DNA of 55,322 nt, the filler included, from Bipalium vagum (Eukaryota): the NCBI GenBank assembly GCA_037834085.1. It is 2 parts of 2 records of this genome, joined end to end, with 100 filler letters (N's around TTAATTAATTAA, not from the genome) between each part and the next. Parts side by side here need not be neighbours in the genome. Positions count along the whole stretch, not along the records: positions 1 to 28,729 come from JBBMKC010046129.1; positions 28,830 to 55,322 come from JBBMKC010143832.1. One strand, given 5' to 3'. Of this stretch, positions 27,111 through 40,259 are shown piece after piece (the first letter of the stretch is position 1; the number at the start of each line of letters is the position of its first letter). The notes beneath the pieces are model-generated. The model was not told where the DNA came from and searched no databases. It saw only the letters and a list, made by a program, of their open reading frames with translations. The translations under genes and the position numbers were made by a program.

Positions 27111-28463
27111 GATTGCACCAAAGTATTGTTCAATCGTCACGGAGATAGATAGGCAATAAGCAGAAATATAATTATGAGCGAAAAAGAGGATAATAATAGT
27201 ACTTTATCTAATCTATTAATTAAAAAACAATCCAGGAATCATATAACTTATACTTAAACCACGATTACAAAGAAAATAGATTTAATTTTGAATCAGTAGA
27301 AACGTAGAAGTAAAACTAATTCTTCTTCCTCTTTCGATTTCGTTTTTTTCTTTTTCACACTATCCCTATACGTATTTACTCTTATTATATCTGAAATCCT
27401 TATTATCTAATATTAAACTTTGGGTGTTTTGCGCATCCTCTTTTCTTTTAATTTCTTTGCTGCCTTCTCTCATTTAATGGTTTTTCAGGGCATATCAGAA
27501 GATGAGAAGAGATGAAAAATCAATCCAAACAAAAAAACAAAAATCAAAAATACATAAAACCAAAGAGGAAATTTGAATACACATCAATCTCGAAAGAGTC
27601 ACTTTTCTGTTAAATAAATTTCTGCTTATCTACTTGAATATATAAAGTGTAAACGGTTGAAAGAAATGTGGAAAGCATTAAAAAATTCCTGAAAGGAGGA
27701 ATGTGAGTTTTGAAACATATTTTAAAAATTTTTTATAGTGCCCAATATGTTTTTATATTTATTAAAAAACTTTGATAAATTTAAATTTTTAGATTACTAA
27801 CTGCAATAATTAATTTTTTTAATATCAGAAAAATTTTAAAATTCTTTTACATTTTAAAATTTTATAGGAAAGGCTCATTATATTAATTTATTGAATTTTT
27901 AAAATCTATTTATGTATTTTCATGAGTATTAATAAAACTTTAAATTATGTCTGAAATTGTTGAAATCATAGCTAACAAAAATAATTATTAATAATAACAA
28001 ATAATAGTAATACACATATAATGTTTGTTAATTAATAATTAAATAAAAATAAAAATGTTTTCAAAAAGATAAAAAAATCAAACCCCGCTCCCTTGTGAAT
28101 CTTCAGCCGGTACTGATCAGCATTATAATATCATCAGGTTTGTCAATTAACTATTTTTCTTTATAAGATTCAACCACATGGCATCTCACAGGTAGTTAAG
28201 AATCTCTCTTGAAATTTGACTCAGCTCCCTTGTCAGTTATCAGAAGGCCTTGATCCACCATTAACCTCTAACGTCTCTGTAGCTGTTTAAAATTTACTGA
28301 AATTTTGTAGCTCCTTATATAGCATTAGTTTCCCTTAATCTGATATATGTGGTCTATTTTCTCAAAAATTGATAGTAATAATTTATTATTCTTAAGATAA
28401 CCTCCATAAACCAAACCGATATTTTGGACTTAAAATAATAATTATTTATGAAAATTTGTATTT

Positions 28464-28466
<3 letters not shown>

Positions 28467-28504
<38 letters not shown>
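28467..28504. repeat. (ATT)n microsatellite
   Basis: Direct inspection. Confidence 0.9.
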
Positions 28505-28510
<6 letters not shown>

Positions 28511-28729
28511 AATTATAATTATAATTTTTATTACTTGGACAACTCTTAAAAGAGAGGACAGAATCAAACTCAATAAAGAAATCCAAAATATGGAGGATGC
28601 TGTAATACCCCCCAATTAAATTCCTGAATGACCGATATCGTCATGTTGACAACAACTTATGTTTTGAATTTGAATCCAAGCACCATATTTTTGAACTTTC
28701 CTCATTCTAAGGAGATGGTTCAGGACTGT

Positions 28730-28829
28730 NNNNNNNNNNNNNNNNNNNNNNNNNNNNNNNNNNNNNNNNNNNNTTAATTAATTAANNNNNNNNNNNNNNN
28801 NNNNNNNNNNNNNNNNNNNNNNNNNNNNN
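28730..28829. other. Assembly gap: 44 N + TTAATTAATTAA + 44 N (artificial 100-bp linker)
   Basis: Symmetric N runs around a palindromic 12-mer (28774-28785) that contains stop codons in all six frames. Confidence 0.95.

Positions 28830-28898
<69 letters not shown>
28830..28898. repeat. (ATT)n microsatellite abutting the gap
   Basis: Perfect ATT run of about 23 units; probably caused the contig break. Confidence 0.95.
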
Positions 28899-29234
28899 GC
28901 TTTTATCCAAAGAAAATGATGAATATGTTTTTGTAAATAATAGTATGATTAAAAGACTATGACTTCTTTAAATTCAATGAGTCTAAAAAAATAAAGATTA
29001 TTCTCGTAAGTATTCTTTAAAAACAAAAAAATGAAAATAATGCAGGTTAATTTAATTCCATTATAACAATTGGCCACGTTAACCATTCAAAATTACATAA
29101 TATGAAATATGAGTTTTTCTATTACCTTCATTTGTCAGACCTTTAACCATCAGGTTATCTCTTGTTCAATTATATTGCTGTATTTCTAATAAGACTTTTA
29201 GAAAATCATTTTTACGAATATAGTTATATCAAAA

Positions 29235-29700
29235 TATCAGATTGTGTAAAAAGTAATGTCGGTTTTATGACACAAACTTTGAACGAAAATAATTAAGTCA
29301 TATAATTCAATTTATTCATTGAAGTAGTCATCATCTGCTTCTATAACCTTAAGCCAACGTTCAATTAGCATTTCAATTCTCGATTTGTAAAATTTCTGAT
29401 TTTTTGGAATTAATGAATTCGCGCAAGGCATTTTCCACATCTTTTTCGGTTTTAAAAGACTTGCTTGCAAGTTAGTTTGATAAAGACCGGAATAAATGGA
29501 TATCTGTAGGAGCGATATCTGGTGAGTATATAGGATGGGGAAGAGTTTCGTAGCTAAGGTCTTTTAATTTTTGTACAGTTAATTTTGACGTGTGAGGTCT
29601 TGCATTATTTTGCAGGTGAATTGGAATTTTTCTGTTGACCACTGATGGTTTCTGAATTTTAAGGTTTTCATGAACTTTATGAAGCATATTGCAGTAGACA
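29235..29700 (-). mobile_element. Mariner element 3' end (Hsmar1/cecropia-like): transposase C-terminus plus TIR
   Basis: ORF 29472-29687 contains HLQNNARPHT...LPHPIYSPDIAPTDIHLFRSL. After a stop it continues ...ERWLKVIEADDDYFNE*. The TIR ta-tcagattgtgtaaaaagtaatgtcggtttt resembles the recalled Hsmar1 TIR. Confidence 0.85.
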
Positions 29701-30740
29701 TCAGATGGCTACAAAGAAGATTTGAGAAGATCAGAAACTCAAAGAAGATTAAACCATATATTTTTATCAGTTTTTGTCAAATAAAATAAATTAATTCGTA
29801 TTTATTTGTTATTATAAGCAAGAAAATCATCAATAAAAAACTGATTATGTTCTTTTTTTTCATTTTCCAAACAGTAAAAAAGAAAGCTCGTCCAAATGGT
29901 TCAAATTATTTTTGTACCAATTAACAGATTCTCAGACCCTTGGCCTAATAAAATCTTATTTCTCCGTTATTCTTTCGCATTGTTTATTAATGTTTTTTAC
30001 AAATGATTTTGAAATTTATTATTTGCCTTTTTCCATTCACGTTTTTCTCAATTTAAGTATAAAATGTGATGCGGAAATGTTTCTTTTCCGTTTTCGAGCT
30101 TTAACTCTGCTTTTAAACAATTATTTTTCTACTGCTATTTTTCTTATTATCTCAGATTTTATTCTCATTTTCACACTGATGAAGCTAATTTGCAAGTAAA
30201 CAATCCATTTGATAATAATGTATTTGAGAACGATTTTTCCTGTTCCAAAATATCCTGGGAATGTTCACGATTTTAGTAGTCAGTTAATAATTATAATAAT
30301 ATTAATTTTATTAAAATAAATTCTCTATGAATGTTTGAATAGAAATGATCGATCATGTACTGATTGTTTTGACTTATTAATAAAACCTACGCAAACGTTT
30401 ACTAATAATGAACTCAACTGAGCTCAAAGTCAATTAAAATTAAAGCGAAATCTTTGATTGTACATATATTTGCTCTAATCACAGAAGTTAGTTTACATTT
30501 TCAAGTAGTGTAACCAGTTATTAAGGGAAATCTAAGTTCAACTGATCTGTACTTTTTCTTTGCTTAGGGAGAAGTAAATTTTAGCTGAAATTATTGGTAC
30601 GCTTTGCCATATCAGATTAAAAATGTATCTCTTATTCTTCATTATCCGTGAACTTTTCACCTTTTGAATTTGGTTGTCATTGACAGGAGGTAGTTTTAGA
30701 TGTTAGACCCGGTTCTGGTTATGAATTTTTTCCAGATATT

Positions 30741-30888
30741 ATGAATGTTCATGATTGTGCTGAAAAAATACTTTTCTTTCGCCATATATTTCTTTTTTGT
30801 TTTTAAGTGTTGATAACAAATTTAGCAAGATATTGCGCACCTCATCGTGCCTTTTTTCGTTCCAAATGGTTGCAATCACATAGGGCGT
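30741..30888 (+). CDS. Candidate 5' coding exons of the RING-H2 gene
   Basis: tttag|30826-30888|gtgagt is a clean phase 0-0 exon (QDIAHLIVPFFVPNGCNHIGR). A possible start ATG AAT at 30741-30746 is followed by a weak gttcat donor and a 79-nt intron. No homology support. Confidence 0.4.
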
Positions 30889-32112
30889 GTGAGTCAGTTT
30901 CTTATTTCTCATAGCAGTTATTATTAATCGGGAGATTATTGGTGTGATACTTGTGTATTATATTTAGAAATTAAACTTAGCGCGGTGCTCTGAGAGATAC
31001 TTAGTAAAAGTTACCTGAACACGAAATGTTCAATTATAAATCTTTTAATTTCATTTTTAAACATTTAAATTTTTATCAAAATTATTTCAATGAATCAATA
31101 TTTTATGACATACAAAGAAATTGTTCTGTAATTAAATCTGTTTATACTTCATAATCATAAAAATGATTTCAAAATATTTAATTATACACATTTTATATTT
31201 TGGAAATTATAAAAAATGGTTAATATTTGTATTTTTATTTTTTGTGAATTTTCTCCTTATCAGTTCCTGTTTTGGAAATAATTGACGTTTAATTGACATT
31301 CGATTTTTTGTTTTTTTCTCAAACAAAATTGTTCTCAATCACATTCTGTTTTTTTCAATTGTAAAAATAGGAAAATAATTTTTAGGAAGCTTTTCGTTGA
31401 AATTTGTATTTTTTGAAAAACAATTATTGATTTCAGTTTAAAAGGGTGAATTACAGATATTTTTGGGACTTTTTTGATTTTAATTTTTGTCAAAAATTGA
31501 AATTCTTTTCCATAAAATAAGGATTTGAGATTAATTAAATCAATATTTTAATGATCAATTTGTATAATATATAATGTATAATATTATTAATTTATTGGAC
31601 TCATGCTTACCACATAATTTTTTTCCAGTTCTTGATTTTTCATTGTTCTCTATACTTTTCTTAGACTTGTGCCGATGTATATTATATATATATATATATA
31701 TATAATTTATGTTGGAATTTCAAATTAACAAAGAAAAAAGTCAATGATATTTTATTAGCTCACTGATTAAGCTATTAAATAGTTAATACAATATTTTATT
31801 TTAGAATATTTTTCCAAAAATATATTATTATTAATTACGAAAATTTATTTTTTATGTCTAGAATCATAAAAAATAAAAAAATTTTCAAAATGTATTCAAA
31901 ACAACTTATCGGTCAACAATCGTATTATTTAAACAACAAATAGTTTTGAATGGATTTTTTTATTTTTATTAATAATCCTCACAACTATTTTATAATTATT
32001 ATTGTTATTGTGGCTTTTCTTCAATTCTAATTACAATTTTAATGTTTTAGTATTTTTGAGAATTTACTCTACCACATTTTTATTTTGTTTGTAACGTCCA
32101 TAAATATTTTAG

Positions 32113-35100
32113 GCTTTAGACGGTCTTCCCCATGCAGAGTTAAGGCAACATGGCCTTAGGGATCCATCAACGATTGCTACATCAAATTATTCTACTCCAT
32201 CACTCGATGCATCTTTCTTGGATCGAAGAAATTTACGATCTTCCTATTTCAGACATATTCTCGTTCCACATTTGAGACACGGCAGATATCTGACCCAAGA
32301 TGTCATTGCATCTGCGAGGGAACGAGAAGAACAGTTTTTAACCACCCATGTTTCCAGATCACATAACATTTCAAATCACTTCGGATCGGCAGATTCCGCT
32401 TTCCAGTTGACATCGATTCGGCGAATGTCATCCGGCTCCTATGTACAATCAGCTATTCATGAGCCAAATCGGAACATGACAGACGGCAATTTGCAACAGA
32501 ACTATTCTAACCGACCTTATAGTTTTTTCCGTCAGTCAGACACCTCATCAATCAACAATGACTTGGTCAATAATGATTCCATAAATCGCATTTCACCGGT
32601 CGGATCTGCATTAAATAACTTTCTTAGAGTATGTGGTCTGGAAGAGGTTCGACAGGTTAACAATATTATTTTTTTATTATTACTATTATTATTTTGACTG
32701 TTTTTAAAATAAATAAAAAAATGTATTAAGGAATTTAGGAAAGCATTTTATTAAAATATTTATTATGATAATCAATAATAATATAATAATAGTAATACAA
32801 TGTATATTTCATTTTCTTATTGATCTTATTTTATTTAACACATCAAAAAATCTTTGACATTCAGAAGGAATTATCGTTATAGAAGATAAATCCGTAATGA
32901 TAATGATAAAATAACATTGATAAAAGTATTGATATTAATATTTATAGTAATATTGCTAATAACATTGACATAAATAAATTATCAATAATAGCGTCGTCGA
33001 GCTGAGGATAATGCTATAGCTGAACAACAAGATTTGGGCTCTATTTTAAACGTGAATACCCAAGAATTGCATCCTTTGATGCGTCTATCAGAGCGAAATT
33101 TCCTCAATGTCATGCTTGATCACCGGTCTCCGTCTCAATTTACTCATCCCTTCACAATGTACGAATCCCAAGGCAACATGGAAAGTGTTATCCAGTTGGC
33201 TCTTCACCTGGAGACATCCTGGCGTGGTATCAATCCCAGTGAATTGGCACAATTACCGTGTCACTATTACAAAAATAATTCTGCTCTTCCGGAAAAGGAC
33301 TTGGAAAGACAAGACAAATGCATGGTATGCTTGGAGGAATTCGTTGAAAACGATCATCTTCGAACATTAAGTTGCAGTCATCAGTATCACGTTATGTGCG
33401 TTGATAAATGGCTGAAGGTAAATGTTTTGATTGATGATGCTCCTTGTCTTTTGTTCTAATAGAAATTATGACCACGATTAATTTTGAATGATCATTTTTA
33501 GTTTGAACCGGTTTTAATTGCTTGAAAATGACAATGCTTATCATCTTCTGATGTTTTTTTTTAGATGTATTTATTCTTCTTTTTTTGATTTTTACCATTT
33601 TTTTTCATATATTGATTATAAAATATTATTATTATTGATTGTTGATTATTATTATAAATTTATAAAAAAATTTTATTAAAATAAAATTGAAAACTTTTCA
33701 AAATAAAATCAATTAATGAAAATCGAATTTATTCAAAGATGTTCATTAACAACATCCTTCTCTTCCATTTTATGTTTAGCCGAAATTATTTTAACCTCGT
33801 CTATCCTTTCATACATGGAACCTTTTTGTATCATTATTTATTATTCGGTGTTAAACTATTACGAATAAAAATCAAACTCGGATAGCTTTCTCACAATCTT
33901 TTATTCAGTGTTATCAAAATGAAAATTCGAAATGCATCCTCAAAGTGGATGCGGAACGCAAAAAAACGTTTGAAATGTTGTTGAAAGAAATTTGAGGTTC
34001 CTTCCTTCGTCATTTCTATAGAATTAAGGGGTCACTAATGGTTATTAACGAAATTCTTATTCCTGACGTCGTTCCCAAAAATGGCTCATGACAACTGAGA
34101 CTGAAAACGAGAATATTTGGGATAAGTGCTCTAAAGAAGTCAAAATTCGAGCTGATGAGAAAGCTGTTCGGGTTTTCGATTATTACTTTTCATTTTGTGG
34201 TTAATCTATTAATCTCGAAAATATGTTTACTTTTAATAATAAATCAATGTTAAATGAAAAATTTCCAATGATCAATAAACTATAATAGCTAACCGAATAT
34301 GCAATCAATAGTTAAGCTACTGCTCAATGGTTTTGTAAGCGATATTGTTAGGGTCGTGTTGAGGTCGTTGTTAATTTGAGCGAAGTCAGCGAGAAGAAGC
34401 TGTAGCAGCAGAAATAAGAGCAGCAGCAGAAGCAGCAACAAAAATTCCAATTGAAAAAGCAATAATTAATTGAGAAGAGTGAAAGTGAAGTAAATTTTAA
34501 CAGCCTTTCTCTGTAAGAGTTCGAGATAAGTAAAAGATTGCCCGGGGGAATAGTGTTTAAGCAATCTTAATGGATTTTATTAAGTAAACATTTTAATTAA
34601 AGTATCAATAAAAAGCAGCTTTAATATTTCTGTTTTGTATTGATTTTAAAATGCCGTTTTCTAAGATGAACAAAGTCTATTAGGAAAACAGTCTTGACTT
34701 TTCTCCTGGACACAAAAATTTCCATACACAATTTTTTTGTTAGTAGTATAATTCTTTATATTTTCAATATTAAACTTGCAATTTTCTCAAATTTTCTTGC
34801 TTAATTTTGTTATATAAAAAATATCTCTCGCTTATTTAAACGAAAAATAAAATCAATGTTTATGGTCATTTTGCCAGGCAATTTTCTCAATTTCTGAATC
34901 GATTCACCCTCGAAACACGGTTTAAGATCCCTTTCACTTAACGTTTCAAAATATCCAGTTTTTGATTTCAGACTGAACTTGTTGGGGTGATGAGACAATT
35001 GTTTTTTATTTGAAAAAATATAAATGAAATTGTGGCGATGAAATCTGCCAAATCGCATAGCTTTAACTTGATTACATTTTTGTGAACGAAATAACAGTCC

Positions 35101-35297
35101 AATTATTATTTATACATATTTATTTTTCAAATTTACAATTTGAGCCAAACCGTGGAAATATCGATATTATTTATTATTGATGAACTGTAATTAATGGGTG
35201 AAATGTCTTTTATTCCGAAAAATATCATTATTCTTTCAATAACAATAAATAATAACATTTTATTAAATTTTAAATATTGAATTTCTTTAAATAAGTA

Positions 35298-35375
<78 letters not shown>

Positions 35376-35504
35376 GAAAGACCAATTAATCTAGAGAAAT
35401 AAATTGGAATAAAATATTTCTTCTCGTTTCAGATGAACCGTACCTGTCCAATGTGCCGAGCTGATGCTACGCGTGGGTCTTCGAGTTATATATTTGTGAA
35501 TTAA
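32113..35504 (+). CDS. RING-H2 E3 ubiquitin ligase, RNF38/RNF44-like (5' end uncertain)
   Basis: Exons 32113-32655, 32992-33417 and 35433-35504 are all phase 0 and GT-AG. The RING is split by the last intron: CMVCLEEFVENDHLRTLSCSHQYHVMCVDKWLK|MNRTCPMCRADA, matching recalled RNF38/44 (CVDKWLKANRTCPICRADA). It is preceded by RGINPSELAQLP. Confidence 0.88.
34346..34672 (+). mobile_element. Possible solo LTR in the last intron of the RING gene
   Basis: TGTTAG...GAACA termini, GC-richer interior with (GCA)n, and AATAAA at about 34607. No TSD found. Confidence 0.35.
35300..35374. repeat. (ATT)n microsatellite, intronic
   Basis: Perfect run of about 25 units. Confidence 0.95.
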
Positions 35505-36634
35505 ATTCTTTTACTGGTTTTTATTTTTACTTATCAACGGCTTTAACGTATCATTTGTAAAATTGCAACATATTATAACGGATCTTACTCTGTCCTAAAA
35601 TTTTAGTTAAAATTGGTTCCAATGCACTCTTATAATATATATTATTGTAAATTGTTGATATTGATAATCAATTATTTTATTATCATTATTATTTATTTTT
35701 ATTATTATTATTATCATTATTATTATTATTATCAAAATCAAGCTGTTCAATCCTATCAATACAAAAATACACCTAAGTGTCGGTACATTTGAATAAATAT
35801 TTGCAAATATTTTTATTTGTTATCGATTTTATTTTATTTGTTCATGTAATTAAATTGTAACTATATTTTCTGAGTTCGTGTTTCGTTCTGATGGCTGGAA
35901 ATTTTTTCAGTGAGATTTATTCGTCGTTTTTCCAGACAATGAGAAAATGGAAATGGATGATGGCATATATACGATCGAATAAGTGTTTCTCAAAGTTCAG
36001 GTTTCATCAAAGTAGACAGATAATTATTTAATTCGTACTGCAGCTTTACATATATATCTTCTGATAAATTGCTTTAGGAAATAGAACGGAACTTCAACTT
36101 AAAGCCTAAATTAATTTTTAAATCGTTTTTTGTTTCAATAAATCGTGGATTAAATTAATTAATTTTTCTAGTTATATAAATATACAATAATAAGACAGTA
36201 TATAAATATTAATAGGCTGAAAAAAACATTATGATATTCAGTAATAATAATAATAATAATAATAATAGAAAATCTTCATTCAGATTGTGAATTTTTGAAA
36301 AAGTTCACGAGAAAAGAATCAACTTTAATTTTAGAAGTACAGGTCATAAAGGTGTACCTTTTATTTTTAAAGGTTAGATTTTTCTTCAACCTAAAATTAC
36401 ATTTTGAAACATTGTCTAATATTATATAAGAGTGCAAATGTCAGTTTCTTTGATTAGTTGTTTTCTGACGTTCTTTTAAGTAAAATATTGCTTCTTCGCA
36501 AACATAATTTAATATTAGTAATTATCATAAAACATAAATGACATGTTATTATGAGCAGAGCATACAATAAAAATGGATTAATATTTCTGATAAATTGGTT
36601 TTCTTTCCCATTGATTGTCAACAAAAAATCAATC

Positions 36635-36695
36635 TCAATTATTGAAGTACAGATTGTGTTCATGGCCCCTAGGATTTCCATGTCTTTCGTAATTA
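36635..36695 (-). CDS. Candidate terminal exon of the 573-aa orphan gene
   Basis: A donor AC|gtaact at 38471/38470 overlaps the ORF stop and is phase-compatible with ttttatatttaag|T AAT TAC..., giving NYERHGNPRGHEHNLYFNN*. The N/H/Y-rich composition matches the main exon. Confidence 0.4.
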
Positions 36696-38466
36696 CTTAA
36701 ATATAAAAATAGTTTTTCAAGTGCTTCAATAATTTTCGATTATCTTGAAAATTATTTATAACAGATTTGTTTTGTAATCAATTTCGGATCTTTTATGATC
36801 CCGAACTGTTAAAATATATTTCTGTAATATTTTTTAGAATCATTAAGAGAATGATAAATGATATAACTAATATAAAGTATATACAAAGTAATAAGACAGA
36901 GTAAAAGGGGTTTTTCGATTTTAATAGTAATTTTTTATGATGTGAATAAAATTGTAATATTGAAACTATTATTTTATATTCTATTGTTATATATTTCTCA
37001 AAAAATAAGATATGGAAAAAATAATTATTTAAAATTAAAATACTAGAAAATAAAAATTAAATCAGCACCAATTATTGAATAATTATGCATTTCATTTAAT
37101 AATCTGAATTTTAAATCAAAGATATTTTAGAACTAATTAAATAAAAATAACATTACATTTTCACAACATTGAAATATTGTTTTCATAATTGATTGATAAT
37201 TTAACATAAATTAAATATAATTATTTTTAGATTTTTCTTTTCAATCGTTCTAAAATTATGGTCTTAGAATTTGTATTTGCGTTCTATAAGACTCGTTTTT
37301 TACAAATGCGTATTGATATAGCAAGTTTTGTGTTGCATTTAAATCTAAAAGTTTCATATGTTATGCAACAGAGTTGCTTCTACATAAAATAGTTGCAATT
37401 TGTCTAAAAATTTTAATTTATAAAATAAAGGTTCCAATGTCAATGAAAAAGTACATTGCCAGTGATTATTAATTTACAAAATAAAATTACATATTGTTAT
37501 ACTACAAACTCCTTAAAAACATTAAAAACTTTTAATAAAAAAAAGTAATATAAATATATTTACAATTTATTTCATGTCATCCATTTTTGCAGAAGAATTA
37601 TAATATGGAATAAAGTAATTTGATATATTCTTACAACTGAAAGGTCTCTCTCATGCTAAAACTCTGAGAAGCTTCGCTCAGCACATTTGATACCTGACAT
37701 TATTGAAGGCATGCATATTGATTCGGAGAGATATCGTTTCGAGATAATGTTACTATTGTGATCAAATCAACCTTGTCACTAAAACCCTTTTTCAAATACA
37801 ATTGGATTTTGCAAACATCAATTCCAAATTTTGTTGAAGATATTCATACGCAGATTTCATTGTGTAATGTCATTTCTGACTTATCAATAAGTTATTGATT
37901 ATTTTTAATATTTAAAAACTGTCAAAATTAATGAAAATAAATAAATTCCATTATTTATTAAATCATAATAAATCCGCCAAAAATATTTTCAACAGAAGCA
38001 AAATACTAATTCAAATAATCTTCACATCAATTAAGAAAACTATCATAAGGTTTAGTTCATATTTTATAAAGTTATTATCATAAAAATAAAATAATAACCA
38101 CACAAGCCTCAAATGCTTTTCAGTGGCAAAAGTATTTATATTACTTTTATAAGACTGATTAAAGAAAAATTAACAAAAATAAGAAACAAAATGAAAACAT
38201 TGCTTATGGATGATCATAGTCCCAAGTATCACGAAAAATCATTTATTTTTATTTATTTATTTATCTTATATATTTATATTATTATGCGATAACTTTAAAG
38301 CTATAAGAAAAGTATATTTTATTTTGAAAGATGGAATTTGTGATAAATCCCTAGGATAAGAAATATTGTAATTGTAATTTATTGATCTGGTTCATTGTGA
38401 CCATATCGTTTTTATAATGTATATTCTTTGATGGCAAAATTAAAGTCCAAATAAATTGACTGAAAG

Positions 38467-40188
38467 TTACGTGGACCACATATCTGAATATTTTTTAACA
38501 GCTTTGCTTTGATGAGCGTTGCCCACAGAATACGAATGTTTCTCATTGTCTGAAACAATGGGATAATGGTTTTGCTGATTAAAAACCGATTCGACATTGT
38601 AGCCGATTTCTTTTCTGATATATTCCGATTTTTCTTGATCGGTAAAATCAAATCTCACTCGTCTGTCGCCTGAGTTATACCGAGGATGAGATTTATTGTT
38701 AAAGCACTCTGAACATTGGCACAGATCAAAAGATTGACTCTTGTTTGGTGTTGGATTAACGGAGTTCGCTAGAACATTTTCATCGGGTGATGAAAAGTTA
38801 ATGCTTTTATGACACTTGATAATGGGTTTTATGGCTTGATTGCGTTTGTCTGCTTTCAATTGACTTATGGTAGAGCTTAGTTCGTCCAGTTTTCCAGTCA
38901 GCATATCGATTTTCTGGGTCACAGATTGCAAATGATTGAAATCTGAATTAGGAGCATTTGTTGGATAATGCTGTGAAGGTGGTTGTGGTAATTGAAAAGC
39001 TGAACCGCTGAACTGGTTGTGATAATTGTAGTTATGAGAAATTGAAGGGTCGTAGGAGGGTAATTGTTGAAATGGATAGGGAAAAAATTGATTTTTCTCC
39101 AATATGTTTGGAGGTCGATTTATTTGAGAATTCACCATGCTGTTCAAGCCTGATAATTGATTCTGTTGTGGTACTGAAATCTGATCTGAAACCGTTCTTT
39201 GAGGAAAGGTATTATAATATTGAGAATTGAATTGAGGTTGAAATTCCATGTTGGAATTGAATTGCAAATTTGGATTTGATGCTGTCATTGTGTTATTATT
39301 ACATGGTATATTGTTTAGCAGTTGGGAATATGGGTGTGGTTCATTATATCTTCTTAGCTCATCATATGGCATTTTGTGCATAAGGGTTGAATAGTCTGGT
39401 TTGAAATTGAAATTATGGTGAGATTTACCCATCAAGGTATTTGTTAAAAGAGGATATCTTAAATCGTAGAGAGACGAGTATTTGTCAATTCTCTTGGACC
39501 ATCGATTATAGGACCTTTCGTTGATACTACGTAGACTTCCAAGACCTCTATATAACTTTGAAGTGCGACTTCCTCTTTGTAATAGCAAATCTAGCCTATT
39601 GATAAAATCACCGTGGAATCTATTTTCGGACTTTTCATTACTCTCTATTTCAGACTTTTCCGATTCAGGACAACTTTCGTTAAATAAAGACGACCTGACA
39701 CCACTGGAATCTTGATTATTCAATTTACTGTTATATCCTTTTATTTGGTTGTGCCATTTTTCGGACGCCTTATCAAGACTTTCGGCCGTCTTTCGATTTA
39801 AGTCATCCCGTTCTTTGACCTTTTTCAAACGGGACATTTCTAAATAATTCACGGATTTCGATTTGTTTTGATTCTGATTTATCTGGTTGCTTGAAGAATG
39901 GATTATATCCCGAAGCTGGCTGGAATCCTTATTGCAATGTGTCAGCTCATTAAGAGTTAATTTCTTTGACATTATGTTGTCTATGTTTTTATCTGAAAGC
40001 TCATTGTTTTTCAGAAATGGTGGAGTCTTCATCTTTGAAATTGGCATATCGTCCTCATCATTAGACATAATCTTTTCCGGAGCATCATCATGCCAATTAG
40101 GGTCGTTTTGTTTTGCCAGTTCAGAAGCTTCTTTTATTCTTTGGATTCTATCTTTATTATAAATACGGTCTGGTTTTTTGTTACTCAT
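38467..40188 (-). CDS. Uncharacterised 573-aa N/Q/S/P-rich, probably largely disordered protein (large exon)
   Basis: A 1.7-kb stop-free frame in very AT-rich DNA with locally raised GC. The ATG directly follows a tttag acceptor. I recognise no TE or enzyme motif. It has a heptad-like segment LQSVTQKIDMLTGKLDELSSTISQLK, plus CQCSEC and RRVRF. Confidence 0.8.
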   Translation of the reverse strand: MSNKKPDRIYNKDRIQRIKEASELAKQNDPNWHDDAPEKIMSNDEDDMPISKMKTPPFLKNNELSDKNIDNIMSKKLTLNELTHCNKDSSQLRDIIHSSSNQINQNQNKSKSVNYLEMSRLKKVKERDDLNRKTAESLDKASEKWHNQIKGYNSKLNNQDSSGVRSSLFNESCPESEKSEIESNEKSENRFHGDFINRLDLLLQRGSRTSKLYRGLGSLRSINERSYNRWSKRIDKYSSLYDLRYPLLTNTLMGKSHHNFNFKPDYSTLMHKMPYDELRRYNEPHPYSQLLNNIPCNNNTMTASNPNLQFNSNMEFQPQFNSQYYNTFPQRTVSDQISVPQQNQLSGLNSMVNSQINRPPNILEKNQFFPYPFQQLPSYDPSISHNYNYHNQFSGSAFQLPQPPSQHYPTNAPNSDFNHLQSVTQKIDMLTGKLDELSSTISQLKADKRNQAIKPIIKCHKSINFSSPDENVLANSVNPTPNKSQSFDLCQCSECFNNKSHPRYNSGDRRVRFDFTDQEKSEYIRKEIGYNVESVFNQQNHYPIVSDNEKHSYSVGNAHQSKAVKKYSDMWST

Positions 40189-40259
40189 CTAAACTTCAAT
40201 CAATATTATTAAATTAATAAATAGATTTTATTTTCAAGGTTCATTTGCATATTATCTTA

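Noticed and set aside
32116-32127. TTAGACGGTCTT matches my recollection of part of the planarian spliced leader
   Set aside because: Only 12 nt, inside a coding exon, and without the rest of the SL, its donor or an Sm site; probably coincidence.
37560-37860. GC-richer block that could be an extra exon of the orphan gene
   Set aside because: A phase-compatible reading exists but is short with a weak acceptor, and cannot be distinguished from UTR or TE sequence.
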